From assembly GCA_902770045.1 (NCBI GenBank), contig CACXRO010000004.1, forward strand, positions 7,323 through 71,322: a stretch of 64,000 nt of DNA, written 5' to 3'. A program made the translations under genes and the position numbers. The DNA is from an uncultured bacterium. GTDB lineage: Bacteria > Verrucomicrobiota > Kiritimatiellia > RFP12 > UBA1067. Below are positions 46,801 through 54,712 of this stretch, one piece after another. Under the pieces are notes generated by a model that had not been told where the DNA came from, ran no database searches, and was given only the letters and a program-made list of their open reading frames with translations. Position 1 is the stretch's first letter. Every line of letters begins with the position of its first letter.

Positions 46801-48384
46801 CTGCAGATCAAGCTTGCCCAGGGCGCGAAGCCGGGCGAGGGCGGGCAGCTACCCGCGCACAAGGTGAACGAGTTCGTCGCCCGCCTCCGCCACGCGAAGC
46901 CGGGCACCCCGCTCATCTCGCCGCCGCCGCACCACGACATCTACTCCATCGAGGACCTCGCGCAGCTCGTCTACGACCTCAAGTGTGCCAACCCCGCCGC
47001 GCGCGTCTCGGTGAAGCTCGTCTCCGAGGCGGGGGTCGGCACGATCGCCGCTGGCGTCGCCAAGGCGCACGCCGACGTGGTGGTCATCTCCGGCTTCGAC
47101 GGCGGCACCGGCGCCGCTCCGCTCACCTCGGTGAAGCACACGGGTCTGCCGTGGGAGCCGGGGCTCGCCGAGGCCCACCAGACGCTGGTCAAGAACAACC
47201 TCCGGCACCGCGTGAAGCTGCAGGTCGACGGACAGCTCCGCACCGGACGCGACATCGTCATCGCCGCGATGCTCGGCGCGGACGAGTTCGCGTTCGGCAC
47301 CTCGATGCTCGTCTCGCTCGGCTGCATCCAGTGCCGCAACTGCAACCTCAACTGCTGCCCCGTCGGCATCGCGACCCAGAAGGAGGAGCTGCGCTGCAAG
47401 TTCGCCGGCAAGCCAGAGCACCTGCAGCGCTACTTCCGATTCCTCGCCGAGGAGGTGCGCGAGGTGCTCGCCTCGCTCGGACTCAAGTCGCTCGCCGAGG
47501 CGCGCGGCCGCACCGACTTGCTGAAGGCGGTCGACGGCTCGCGGTTTGATTTTGGTGATGTGCTCGCGCAGAGACGCGGAGAAGCGGAGAAGCGCAAGGA
47601 CTTTGAGCCTTATGCGTTCTCCGAGGCCGAGAACTACGACTTCCGCGAGCTGATTCCGGCCGTGGAGAAGGGCGAGACCGAGCTGAAGCGCGCAATCGCC
47701 AACCGCGACCGATCCGTCGGCGCGGCGCTCTCCGGCTGGCTCGTCGCCCACCATCCAACCACCCAACCACCTAACCACCTAACCATAAACTTCACCGGCG
47801 TTGCCGGGCAGTCCTTCGGCGCGTTTCTCGCCAAGGGAGTGGAGTTCAACCTCGTGGGCGAGGCGAACGACTACGTCGGCAAGTCGCTCTCCGGCGGCGT
47901 GATTACCATCAAGGCGCAGGATAACAAGTCTTTCCGTCCCGAGGACAATGTCATCGCCGGCAACGTGATTGCCTACGGCGCCACGTCGGGCGCGATCTAC
48001 GTCAACGGGCAGGCGGGCGAGCGCTTCGGCATCCGCAACTCCGGCGCGACGCTCGTCGCCGAGGGCGTGGGCGACCACGGTTGCGAGTACATGACCGGCG
48101 GCACGGCGGTGGTGCTGGGTCCGGTCGGCGTCAACTTCGCCGCGGGCATGACCGGCGGCGTCGCCTACGTCTACGACGAGAAGGGCGACATGGACCTCAA
48201 CTGCAACCTCGACTCCGTCGACCTCTTCCCGGTGGAGGCGGGATCGGCGGACGAGAAGGAACTGCTCGCGCTCATCGACGAGCACATCTCGCGCACCGGC
48301 TCGCCCAAGGCCAAGCGACTCGTCGCAGGCTGGGCGGACGTACGTCCGTATTTCACGAAAGTCCTGCCGGCGCACCGTCGGTAG
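43864..48384 (+). CDS. gltB: Glutamate synthase large subunit (with at least 6 in-frame repeat insertions)
   Basis: EHDACGVGMVANL (Ntn Cys), HQRYSTNTFPSWELAHPF, QVTNPPIDPIREE, SGEGGE, GAKPGEGGQLP, SPPPHHDIYSIEDL, C-terminal GxxGxxG beta-helix. Confidence 0.93.
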   Translation: MNDQSRKDRQPGLYRREFEHDACGVGMVANLSGEASHDIVEKGMTILKRLMHRGATGNDPDTGDGAGLLMKIPYGFFKKVLKLPNHLTTQPPNHQTEFGIAMIFGGEGEEAAIEGVVKSEGCKVLGWRDVPTNPDAIGRDARAVMPRIRQLFIAAGSASSQNPVNPVNPVKEDFERRLYIVRRQIEKATKKTYVCSCSARTIVYKGLLLATQIERFYPDLSDPDFVTPFAIVHQRYSTNTFPSWELAHPFRAIAHNGEINALKGNLNALAAREPSLASPLFGDELKKLLPVVHAGQSDSASLDNMFELLVAAGRDAPHAMMMLVPQAWGAKYHMGHDVRAFYEYHSALMEPWDGPAALAFTDGKGLGATLDRNGLRPARWTLTKDGLFVLASETGVLDIPADAVARRGRVKPGAMLWLDLESHRLMEDAEVKTFYARRRPYRRWVDENHIPVTGLFAEIVPSKAPGGAGALAAQQRSFGYTLEDVELILRPMAETGHEPVGAMGNDAALACLRQGRFRLFDCFHQLFAQVTNPPIDPIREELVMSIMTYIGNQGNILDETPEHARLVKMTRPVLTDDEMRRIRNIPDFPAKTLPLFFGGSLEDALKRLAADALAAVKGGAKIIILSDREGLATKDTKDTKNTEGKRIPSLLAVAAVNKSLADAGLRPSVGVVVESGEVSEVHHFAVLLGFGATAVNPWLALETVSEIGRAGLPRSAVETTALHAVRPEAAPYLATSNYVTAVCKGLMKIMSKMGISTLRSYRSAKIFEAVGLGPKLMAEYFEGVVSPVGGLELEDLERLVARGSWFVSENHETRIANHESRNTTLSPGGEYRARKGGEEHLWTPQRLVDFREAVRNDDYARFHRYTDAIDQNSHVTLRSLLEFNPNHLTTQPPNHLTIEVEPVDSIVKHFVGGAMSLGSLSPEAHETIALALNGLGTMSNSGEGGENPERFGTDKNSAIKQVASGRFGVTIEYLRSAKDLQIKLAQGAKPGEGGQLPAHKVNEFVARLRHAKPGTPLISPPPHHDIYSIEDLAQLVYDLKCANPAARVSVKLVSEAGVGTIAAGVAKAHADVVVISGFDGGTGAAPLTSVKHTGLPWEPGLAEAHQTLVKNNLRHRVKLQVDGQLRTGRDIVIAAMLGADEFAFGTSMLVSLGCIQCRNCNLNCCPVGIATQKEELRCKFAGKPEHLQRYFRFLAEEVREVLASLGLKSLAEARGRTDLLKAVDGSRFDFGDVLAQRRGEAEKRKDFEPYAFSEAENYDFRELIPAVEKGETELKRAIANRDRSVGAALSGWLVAHHPTTQPPNHLTINFTGVAGQSFGAFLAKGVEFNLVGEANDYVGKSLSGGVITIKAQDNKSFRPEDNVIAGNVIAYGATSGAIYVNGQAGERFGIRNSGATLVAEGVGDHGCEYMTGGTAVVLGPVGVNFAAGMTGGVAYVYDEKGDMDLNCNLDSVDLFPVEAGSADEKELLALIDEHISRTGSPKAKRLVAGWADVRPYFTKVLPAHRR
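44113..44151. repeat. CCAACCAC/CTAACCAC octamer array in frame in gltB
   Basis: Translated as [14 protein letters not shown]. Confidence 0.9.
44345..44377. repeat. AATCCTGTT nonamer x3 (half element) in frame in gltB
   Basis: cagaatcctgttaatcctgttaatcctgtcaaa. Translated as QNPVNPVNPVK. Confidence 0.9.
45754..45792. repeat. CACAAAG nonamer x3 (half element) in frame in gltB
   Basis: ttagccacaaaggacacaaaggacacaaagaacacagag. Translated as LATKDTKDTKNTE. Confidence 0.9.
46258..46333. repeat. GGCTCGTG/GGTTCGTG hairpin element in frame in gltB
   Basis: ctcgtggctcgtggctcgtggttcgtg-tcggagaa-tcacgagacacgaatcgcgaaccacgaatcacgaaacacg. Translated as LVARGSWFVSENHETRIANHESRNT. Confidence 0.9.
46516..46555. 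repeat. CCAACCAC/CTAACCAC octamer array in frame in gltB
   Basis: Translated as [15 protein letters not shown]. Confidence 0.9.
47754..47785. repeat. CCAACCAC/CTAACCAC octamer array in frame in gltB
   Basis: Translated as [12 protein letters not shown]. Confidence 0.9.
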
Positions 48385-48400
48385 ATTAGGAAAGGAAGCA

Positions 48401-49948
48401 ATGGAGAAAGTTCGCCAGCGCATCGTCATCTTCGACTACGGCTCGCAGTACACGCACCTCATCGCGCGCCGCATCCGCGAGCAGCACGTCTATTCCGAGG
48501 TCGTCCCGTTCTCGACGACCGCCGAGAGCCTCCGCGCGGACCTGCCGGCGGGCATAGTCCTTTCCGGCGGCCCGAACAGCGTTTTCGCGGAAGGCGCGCC
48601 GTCCATCGACCCCGCGGTGTTCGACCTCGGCGTGCCGGTGCTCGGGATCTGCTACGGGATGCAGATCATGTCCCAGGCGCTCGGCGGCAGGGTCGTGGCC
48701 GGCACCGCGCGCGAGTACGGCAAGGCGGAGCTGAAGGCGGACGGCTCCTGCGCGCTCTTCGCCGGCGTCCCCGAGACGTCGGTCGTCTGGATGAGCCACG
48801 GCGACCGGGTCGAGCGGCTGCCGGAGGGCTTCAGGGCTGCGGCCGTGAGCGCGAACTGCCCGTTCGCCGCGGCGTGCGACGAGTCGCGCCGGCTCTACGC
48901 GCTCCAGTTCCACCCCGAGGTCGTGCACACCCAGTTCGGCGAGCGGATCATCGGCAACTTCCTCTTCGGGATCTGCGCCTGCCGTCCCGACTGGGACATG
49001 GGCAAGTGGATAGAGCGCGCGGTCGAGGACCTGCGCCGGAAGATCGGCGACGAGCACGTCGTCCTCGGCCTCTCCGGCGGCGTGGACTCCTCGGTCGTCG
49101 CCGTGCTGCTCGACCGCGCGATCGGCAAGCGGCTCCACTGCATCTTTGTGGACAACGGGCTCCTCCGCTACCGCGAGGTCGAGGAGGTGGAGGCGATGTT
49201 CGCGGGGAAGCTCGGCCTCGACCTCCACGTCGCCCGCGCGGCGGAGCGGTTCTACTCGGCGCTGAAGGGAATTGAGGAGCCGGAGGCGAAGCGCAAGGCG
49301 ATCGGCCGCGAGTTCATCGCCGTCTTCGCCGAGGAGGCGCGCAAGTTCAGCCACTGCCGGTTCCTCGCGCAGGGCACGATCTACCCCGACGTCATCGAGA
49401 GCTCCTGCGCGCCCGGCGGCCCCTCGCAGACCATCAAGAGCCACCACAACGTCGGCGGACTGCCGCCCGACCTCAAGTTCGAGCTCGTCGAGCCGCTCCG
49501 CGACCTCTTCAAGGACGAGGTGCGCGCGGTGGGTCGGCTTCTCGGCATGGATCCCTCGCTCCTCGACCGCCAGCCGTTCCCCGGCCCCGGGCTCGGCGTG
49601 CGCATCCTCGGCGAGGTGACAGGCGAGAAGGTGCGGCTTCTGCAGGAGGCGGACCGCCGCGTCCAGGAGGAAGTGCGCAAGCTGCCCGCCTATCGGGACA
49701 TCTGGCAGTCCTTCGCGGTGCTGCTGCCGTGCCGCTCGGTGGGGGTGATGGGCGACCAGCGCACCTACGAGTACACCTGCGCGATCCGCTGCGTGAACTC
49801 CATCGACGCTATGACGGCGGACTGGGCTCGCCTCCCCTACGAGACGCTGGCGGCGATCTCGAGCCGGATCATCAACGAGGTGCGCGGCATCAACCGCGTG
49901 GTCTACGACATCTCCTCCAAGCCCCCAGCGACAATCGAGTGGGAGTAG
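48401..49948 (+). CDS. guaA: GMP synthase (glutamine-hydrolysing)
   Basis: GICYGMQ, LQFHPEV, LGLSGGVDSSV (PP-loop), and a C-terminus ending PATIEWE. No repeat insertions seen. Confidence 0.93.
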   Translation: MEKVRQRIVIFDYGSQYTHLIARRIREQHVYSEVVPFSTTAESLRADLPAGIVLSGGPNSVFAEGAPSIDPAVFDLGVPVLGICYGMQIMSQALGGRVVAGTAREYGKAELKADGSCALFAGVPETSVVWMSHGDRVERLPEGFRAAAVSANCPFAAACDESRRLYALQFHPEVVHTQFGERIIGNFLFGICACRPDWDMGKWIERAVEDLRRKIGDEHVVLGLSGGVDSSVVAVLLDRAIGKRLHCIFVDNGLLRYREVEEVEAMFAGKLGLDLHVARAAERFYSALKGIEEPEAKRKAIGREFIAVFAEEARKFSHCRFLAQGTIYPDVIESSCAPGGPSQTIKSHHNVGGLPPDLKFELVEPLRDLFKDEVRAVGRLLGMDPSLLDRQPFPGPGLGVRILGEVTGEKVRLLQEADRRVQEEVRKLPAYRDIWQSFAVLLPCRSVGVMGDQRTYEYTCAIRCVNSIDAMTADWARLPYETLAAISSRIINEVRGINRVVYDISSKPPATIEWE

Positions 49949-49963
49949 CCCGCGGGCACCCGC

Positions 49964-49995
49964 TTTACAAGCCAAACTGAAATCTGGTATACTAC
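49964..49995 (+). promoter_or_regulatory. Sigma70-type promoter TTTACA-18 nt-TATACT with extended TGG; near-leaderless
   Basis: TGGTATACTAC at 49985-49995. 11 nt separate the -10 from ATG 50005 and there is no SD. Confidence 0.55.
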
Positions 49996-50004
49996 TGCAC
50001 AGCA

Positions 50005-50991
50005 ATGAAAATCTGTGTAGTTGGAGACGGAGGCTGGGGAACGGCAAACGCGATGCTGCTCTCCGGGTACGGCCATGACGTGACGCTTTGGGGCGCATTT
50101 CCGGACTATATCGAGGAGATGCGCCGGACGCGCCGCAACGAGCGCTACCTTCCCGGGGTGGAGCTGCCGGCGGCGGTGCGGCTCGAGTCCGACCGTGCCC
50201 GCGCCGCGGAAGGGGCCGAGGTGGTGGTGCTCGCGCCGCCGTCGAAGTACTTTGCCCAGGTGGCCGAGGGCTTCCGCGGGCTGGTGGGGCCGGAGGCGCT
50301 GGTGGTCTCGATCACCAAGGGGCTCTGCGAGCGGACCTGCCGGCGGATGACCGAGCTCGGCGAGGAGACGCTCGGCATCGGGCCGATAGTCGCTCTCGCC
50401 GGTCCCTCGCACGCCGAGGAGGTCTCGCGCGGCGTCCCGACCGCGGTCGTGGCCGCGTGCGCCGATCCAGAAAAGGCGCGGCGGGTGCAGGATATCTGGT
50501 CCGGCCCGCGCTTCCGCGTCTACACCTCCGACGACCCGGCCGGGGTCGAGATCGGCGGGGCGGTGAAGAACGTGCTTGCGATCGCCGTGGGCTGCTCCGA
50601 CGGCATGGGATTCGGCGACAACACGCGCGCGGCGCTGATCACGCGCGGCCTGGTGGAGATGAAGCGCTTCGTAATCGCCTACGGCGGCCGGCGCGAGACG
50701 CTCGACGGGCTCGCCGGCGTCGGCGACCTGATCGTGACCTGCACCTCGGTGCATTCTCGCAACCGCGCGGTCGGCGAGCGCCTCGGGCGCGGCGAGGCGA
50801 TCGAGGCGATAACCGGCTCCATGCAGATGGTCGCCGAAGGGGTGTGGAACTCGCGGGTGGTGCACGAGATCGCCGCGCGGCTCGGCGTCGAGATGCCGAT
50901 CTGCGAGATCGTCTACCGCGTCTGCCACTGCGGGCTCCCCGCGCGCGACGCGGTGGAGCTCGTCATGTCCCGCAGCCTGAAGCCGGAGTAG
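50005..50991 (+). CDS. gpsA: NAD(P)H-dependent glycerol-3-phosphate dehydrogenase
   Basis: MKICVVGDGGWGTA..GPSHAEEV..GAVKNVLAIAVG..AEGV. Confidence 0.9.
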   Translation: MKICVVGDGGWGTANAMLLSGYGHDVTLWGAFPDYIEEMRRTRRNERYLPGVELPAAVRLESDRARAAEGAEVVVLAPPSKYFAQVAEGFRGLVGPEALVVSITKGLCERTCRRMTELGEETLGIGPIVALAGPSHAEEVSRGVPTAVVAACADPEKARRVQDIWSGPRFRVYTSDDPAGVEIGGAVKNVLAIAVGCSDGMGFGDNTRAALITRGLVEMKRFVIAYGGRRETLDGLAGVGDLIVTCTSVHSRNRAVGERLGRGEAIEAITGSMQMVAEGVWNSRVVHEIAARLGVEMPICEIVYRVCHCGLPARDAVELVMSRSLKPE

Positions 50992-51042
50992 CGGCCGGCC
51001 CCGCGTGTTCCACTGCCGCTGCAGCGAAAGGATGTAAGAAAA

Positions 51043-52596
51043 ATGGCACTTGACGAGATTGGCGAGTCGAGGTTTCCGCCGCCGGGGCGGACTCCGCGCG
51101 AGGACACCGCGGCGGTGATGAAGTTCTACCGGCTGCCCAAGGCGTTTCCGCCGGCGGCGCTGGATGAGGCGCGGCGGATCGCCCGCGGCGCGATTCCGGC
51201 GAAGGGCCGGCTCGACCTCCGGAAGAAGTTCGTCTTCACCTGCGACCCCGAGTCGGCGCGGGACTTCGACGACGCGCTCTCGCTCGAGACCGACCGCCGC
51301 GGCAACCGCGTCCTCGGCGTGCACATCGCGGACGTCTCCCACTACGTGAAGCCCGGCTCCGCGCTCGACCGCGAGGCGTACCGCCGCGGCACCAGCGTCT
51401 ACCTCTGCGACCGCGTGGTGCCGATGCTCCCCGAGGAGCTCTCCAACGGCGTCTGCTCGCTCGTGCCCGGCGAGGACCGGCTCGCGTTCTCGGTGTTCAT
51501 GACCTTCGACCGCTCCGGCGAGATGGTCCGCCGCGAGTTCGCGAAAAGCGTCATCCGCTCCCGCGCGCGCTTCACCTACGAGCAGGTGATGGCGGTCATC
51601 CGCGGCGGCCGCGCGTCCGTCGCCGGCGTCGGCCCCAAGGAGCTCAGGACCGTGCGCGCCATCGCCGCGCTCGCGATGGAGCTGCGCGCGCGCCGCTTCG
51701 CCGCCGGCGCGCTCGACATCGAGATCCCAGAGGCGGAGGTCGCGCTCGACCGCGACGGCGAGCTCGAGAGCATCACCGCCCGCCCCTACGACGAGTCGCA
51801 CCAGATGGTCGAGGAGTGCATGGTCGCCGCGAACGAGGCCGTCGCCAAGGAGCTCTGGACGCGCGGGATCAGGATCCTCGCGCGCCTCCACGAGCCGCCG
51901 GACCCGGAGAAGCTGCTGATGCTGCGCGCGGAGCTCAAGTCCATCGGCGTCAAGGCCGGCAACCTCGGCAACCAGAAAGTGATGGCGCAGTTCCTCGCCT
52001 CCGTCAAGGGCCACCCGCTCTACCCGACGATCGCGATGATGGTCCTGAGGTCGATGAAGCGCGCGGTCTACGACGCGTCCACGATCGGCCACTTCGGCCT
52101 CGCCAAGCGCTACTACGCCCACTTCACCTCGCCCATCCGCCGCTATCCCGACCTCACGCTCCACCGCCAGCTCGCGGCGTGGCTGGAGAAGCGGGACGCC
52201 AAGGTGCCGCCGAAGCTGCTCGCGAAGTGGGCAGAGCACTCGAGCGAGCGCGAGGAGATCGCCGCCGAGGCGGAGCGGGGGCTTTTGGAGATCAAGAAGT
52301 ACCGCCTGCTCGACGCCCAGCTCTCGACGCGGCAGATCCTCGACTACGACGCCGTCGTCACCAAGTGCGCGCCGTTCGGCTGCTTCGTGGAGATACCCGA
52401 GCTCGCGGTCTCGGGGCTCGTCCACGTCTCGCTCCTCTCCCGCAAGTTCGTGCGCTTCAACGAAAGCGACCAGACGCTCTCGGCGCCCGGCGGCGGCAGC
52501 TGGCGCGTAGGCGACCGGATGCGCGTCCACGTGGCGCGGGTGGACTTCGACGCGCGGCGGGTGGACTTCGTCCCCGTCGGCCGCCGGGACAGGTAG
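51043..52596 (+). CDS. RNase II/R-family 3'-5' exoribonuclease (RNB + S1 domains, short N-terminus)
   Basis: DPESARDFDDALS..HIADVSHYV..SVYLCDRVVPMLP..HFGLA..YAHFTSPIRRYPDL. C-terminal S1-like GCFVEIPELAVSGLVHVS. The start is uncertain (51043 or 51118). Confidence 0.8.
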   Translation: MALDEIGESRFPPPGRTPREDTAAVMKFYRLPKAFPPAALDEARRIARGAIPAKGRLDLRKKFVFTCDPESARDFDDALSLETDRRGNRVLGVHIADVSHYVKPGSALDREAYRRGTSVYLCDRVVPMLPEELSNGVCSLVPGEDRLAFSVFMTFDRSGEMVRREFAKSVIRSRARFTYEQVMAVIRGGRASVAGVGPKELRTVRAIAALAMELRARRFAAGALDIEIPEAEVALDRDGELESITARPYDESHQMVEECMVAANEAVAKELWTRGIRILARLHEPPDPEKLLMLRAELKSIGVKAGNLGNQKVMAQFLASVKGHPLYPTIAMMVLRSMKRAVYDASTIGHFGLAKRYYAHFTSPIRRYPDLTLHRQLAAWLEKRDAKVPPKLLAKWAEHSSEREEIAAEAERGLLEIKKYRLLDAQLSTRQILDYDAVVTKCAPFGCFVEIPELAVSGLVHVSLLSRKFVRFNESDQTLSAPGGGSWRVGDRMRVHVARVDFDARRVDFVPVGRRDR

Positions 52597-52607
52597 GGGA
52601 GAACGCC

Positions 52608-53342
52608 ATGCGCCGCGCCTTCACCCTGATCGAGCTCCTGACTGTCGTCGCCATCATGGCGACGATGGTCACGGTCGGCGTGGTGAGCCTCAGCTCTTCG
52701 CGCGGCTCCACCCGCGTCTTCGCGGCGGTCAGGGACATGATGGCGATGATCCGCCGCGCGCGGTCGGTGGCGCTCGTCACCCAGAAGCCGGCGCTGGTGA
52801 TCTACTCCAACGCCATGGTCGGCGACGAGCCGTCCATCAAGGTGGAGATCAAGGGCGAGCGGCTCTTCTCTTCGAACGAGTCGACGCGCGAGGTGCGGAC
52901 GCTCGCCGGCGACCTGGTGCCGGCGCCGGAGCCGGCCGACGCCGAGGGCGGCGGCGAGACGATCGAGGACGTCCTCTCGCCCGAGTCGCTCTCCGAGGAG
53001 GTCGGGCGCGGGCTGCGCGTCAAGGTGCTCGTCGGCGACGAGGAGCTCGCCTCCTCCGGCGAGGAGCGCGCCCGCTCGCGGATATCGATCTACTCGACCG
53101 CGGACAACGTCTCGCGCACCCTGGTCGCGGAGGATGAGAAGAAGGCGCCCGAGGCGCCGGAGGGCGACGGCGCCGAGGCCGACGGCCCGGTGAAGGTGGC
53201 CTTCGCCGCCAACGGCACCGTGGACCCAGCCCACCGCATCTGGATCTACCCGGACGGCTCCACGCCGGAGAAGGGCTACTGCATCGAGGTCGACCGATTC
53301 GGCGAGCCCCGCTGCCGCGAACTGGAGGGAGGAGAGCGTTGA
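52608..53342 (+). CDS. Prepilin-type N-terminal methylation-motif pseudopilin (GspH-like)
   Basis: MRRAFTLIELLTVVAIMATMV. ATG 52608 chosen inside a long read-through ORF. Confidence 0.7.
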   Translation: MRRAFTLIELLTVVAIMATMVTVGVVSLSSSRGSTRVFAAVRDMMAMIRRARSVALVTQKPALVIYSNAMVGDEPSIKVEIKGERLFSSNESTREVRTLAGDLVPAPEPADAEGGGETIEDVLSPESLSEEVGRGLRVKVLVGDEELASSGEERARSRISIYSTADNVSRTLVAEDEKKAPEAPEGDGAEADGPVKVAFAANGTVDPAHRIWIYPDGSTPEKGYCIEVDRFGEPRCRELEGGER

Positions 53343-53797
53343 GGCGCGGTTTCACCCTCCTCGAAGTGCTGCTCGCCGCGATCATCCTCGGCGTCGGGCT
53401 TGCCGGTATCCTCACCTCGATGGTCCAGTCGCAGCGGTTCATGCAGACCATGCCAGACCTCGTGACCGCCCAGGAGATGATGGACCTCGGCGACATGGCC
53501 TATCCGCTCGCCGAGGTGAAGGACGCAACCGACATCAACGTCAGGGAGTGCCGGGTGGACGACCTCTGGCGGATCATCGCCGGCGACCACGGCCCGCGCC
53601 TCACCCGCGAGCAGAACGAGAAGTACCACGGCTACCGCTGGGAGCGCGAGGACCTCGACGAGCACGCGTCCGACAAGGACCTGGAGCGCCTCGGCTACCT
53701 CCACCGCGTGCGCGTCACCGTCACCTGGGGCGACCGCTTCCGCGGCAAGAAGAACTCGGAGAGCTACGTCACGCTCTGGCGCGACCCGGAGAAGTGA
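53339..53797 (+). CDS. Minor pseudopilin (GspI-like)
   Basis: RRGFTLLEVLLAAIILGVGLAG. Overlaps the upstream stop by 4 nt. Confidence 0.65.
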   Translation: MRRGFTLLEVLLAAIILGVGLAGILTSMVQSQRFMQTMPDLVTAQEMMDLGDMAYPLAEVKDATDINVRECRVDDLWRIIAGDHGPRLTREQNEKYHGYRWEREDLDEHASDKDLERLGYLHRVRVTVTWGDRFRGKKNSESYVTLWRDPEK

Positions 53798-53800
53798 GGA

Positions 53801-54712
53801 TTGCCCAAAATGCGCACGGAAAGACGCCACAGACCGGCCTTCACCCTCGTCGAGCTCATGCTCGCCGTGGTGCTGCTCGGCGTCATGACCACCATCTCCA
53901 TCCTCACCTTCCGCGCCGTCACCAACGGCTGGCGCGTCTCGCGCGAGTACATGGACCGCCTCGAGCGCACCGACTACGCCCTCGACCAGCTCGTCTCCGC
54001 CCTCAAGTGCGCCTACTACCCCCACTCCGGCTCCCAGAACGGCGAGTTCGGCTTCATGCTCACGGACAACGGCGACGGCGACTCGCCGCGGAAGTCCGAC
54101 ACCATCGAATGGTCGAAGAAGGGCACCGCCCTCATCGGCTCCGACTCCTCCGGCGACGCCGTCCACCGCCTCCAGCTGATGGTGCTCGAGAAGGGCAGCG
54201 ACGACTGGGGCGTGAAGATCGAGCGCACCGGGCTCTACGCCCGCGTCAAGCCCCACGCCAAGGTGATGATCGAGGAAGGCTCCACCAAGGACGAGAAGGA
54301 CTTCGGCTTCGAAAGCGACGAGCGCTACTTCCCGATGCTCGTCGCCGGCGACGTGGACGGCTTCAACTGCCGCGTCCTCAAGGAGCCGCCGCAGAACGAC
54401 ACCCGCGGCAAGGAGGACAAGTCGGAGTGGGAGGACGAGTTCGCCGAGTCCAACGCCGTCCCCTACAAGGTGCAGCTCACCTTCTACATCGAGAAGGAGG
54501 ACCCCGAGTACCGCTCGCGCAAGATCCGCATCCCGCTCCTGCGGACAGTCCGGATGCCCGTCTACGAGCAGTCGAAGGACGGCGCCGCGCTGCCGGGCGA
54601 GGGGGAAGACGGCGGCCGTAGCGCCGGCCCGCGCAGGGTAGGCGGCGGCGGAATCCGCGCGCCAGGAGGCAGAGGCGGCGCGGTGCCAGGAGGCGGAGGA
54701 GGCGGCAGATGA
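53801..54712 (+). CDS. Minor pseudopilin (GspJ-like)
   Basis: RPAFTLVELMLAVVLLGVMTTISILTFRAV. The start may be ATG 53810. Gly/Arg-rich C-terminal tail. Confidence 0.65.
   Translation: MPKMRTERRHRPAFTLVELMLAVVLLGVMTTISILTFRAVTNGWRVSREYMDRLERTDYALDQLVSALKCAYYPHSGSQNGEFGFMLTDNGDGDSPRKSDTIEWSKKGTALIGSDSSGDAVHRLQLMVLEKGSDDWGVKIERTGLYARVKPHAKVMIEEGSTKDEKDFGFESDERYFPMLVAGDVDGFNCRVLKEPPQNDTRGKEDKSEWEDEFAESNAVPYKVQLTFYIEKEDPEYRSRKIRIPLLRTVRMPVYEQSKDGAALPGEGEDGGRSAGPRRVGGGGIRAPGGRGGAVPGGGGGGR

Noticed and set aside
47565-47632. Possible additional degenerate repeat element in gltB (gcgcagagacgcggagaagcggagaagcgcaagg...ccttatgcgttct, translated LAQRRGEAEKRKDFEPYAFSE).
   Set aside because: It only partly resembles the GCAGAGAC and CGCAAAG families and lacks clear triple-unit arms. 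It could be native linker sequence, so it is not listed as a feature.
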